The position numbers and the translations under genes were made by a program. Below the pieces are notes generated by a model. It searched no databases and was not told the origin of the DNA. It worked only from the letters and a program-made list of their open reading frames with translations. Of a stretch of 35,614 bases of DNA, positions 35,542 to 35,614 are shown piece by piece. Source of the stretch: Octopus bimaculoides (Eukaryota); the NCBI RefSeq assembly GCF_001194135.2, contig NC_068986.1, positions 898,479 through 934,092 on the forward strand. Reading direction: 5' to 3'. The first letter of the stretch is position 1; each line of letters opens with the position of its first letter.

Positions 35542-35614
35542 CATACTACCAGAGCATACTACCAGAGCACACTACCAGAGCACACTACCAGAGCACACTA
35601 CCAGAGCACACTAG
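35542..35614. repeat. 13-bp tandem repeat CAYACTACCAGAG, ~5.6 copies
   Basis: Directly visible; reaches the window end. Confidence 0.97.

Overview
AT-rich, microsatellite-dense animal genomic DNA with six N-gaps. The interspersed repeat families look like those of octopus/coleoid cephalopod genomes; this is recognised from motifs, not from a search. I found no intact, recognisable host gene, tRNA, rRNA or CRISPR array, and most ORFs in the supplied track are translations of simple repeats. The window is a transposon graveyard. DNA transposons: two hAT remnants, a pogo/Tigger remnant, a mariner remnant, two copies of a mariner-derived MITE and a Helentron-associated-like element. Retroelements: a 5'-truncated RTE LINE plus many copies of its 3' tail, two CR1/Jockey-group LINE remnants, a LINE 3' end encoding a C2H2 finger, and three tRNA-headed SINE families (here called A, B, C). 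There is also a 2.3-kb degenerate GATA/GACA array. The most informative signals concern retroposon modularity: a shared terminal hairpin, tail swapping in SINE A, and a dimeric SINE C with a 16-bp target-site duplication. The sequence alone does not support a wholly new biological system.
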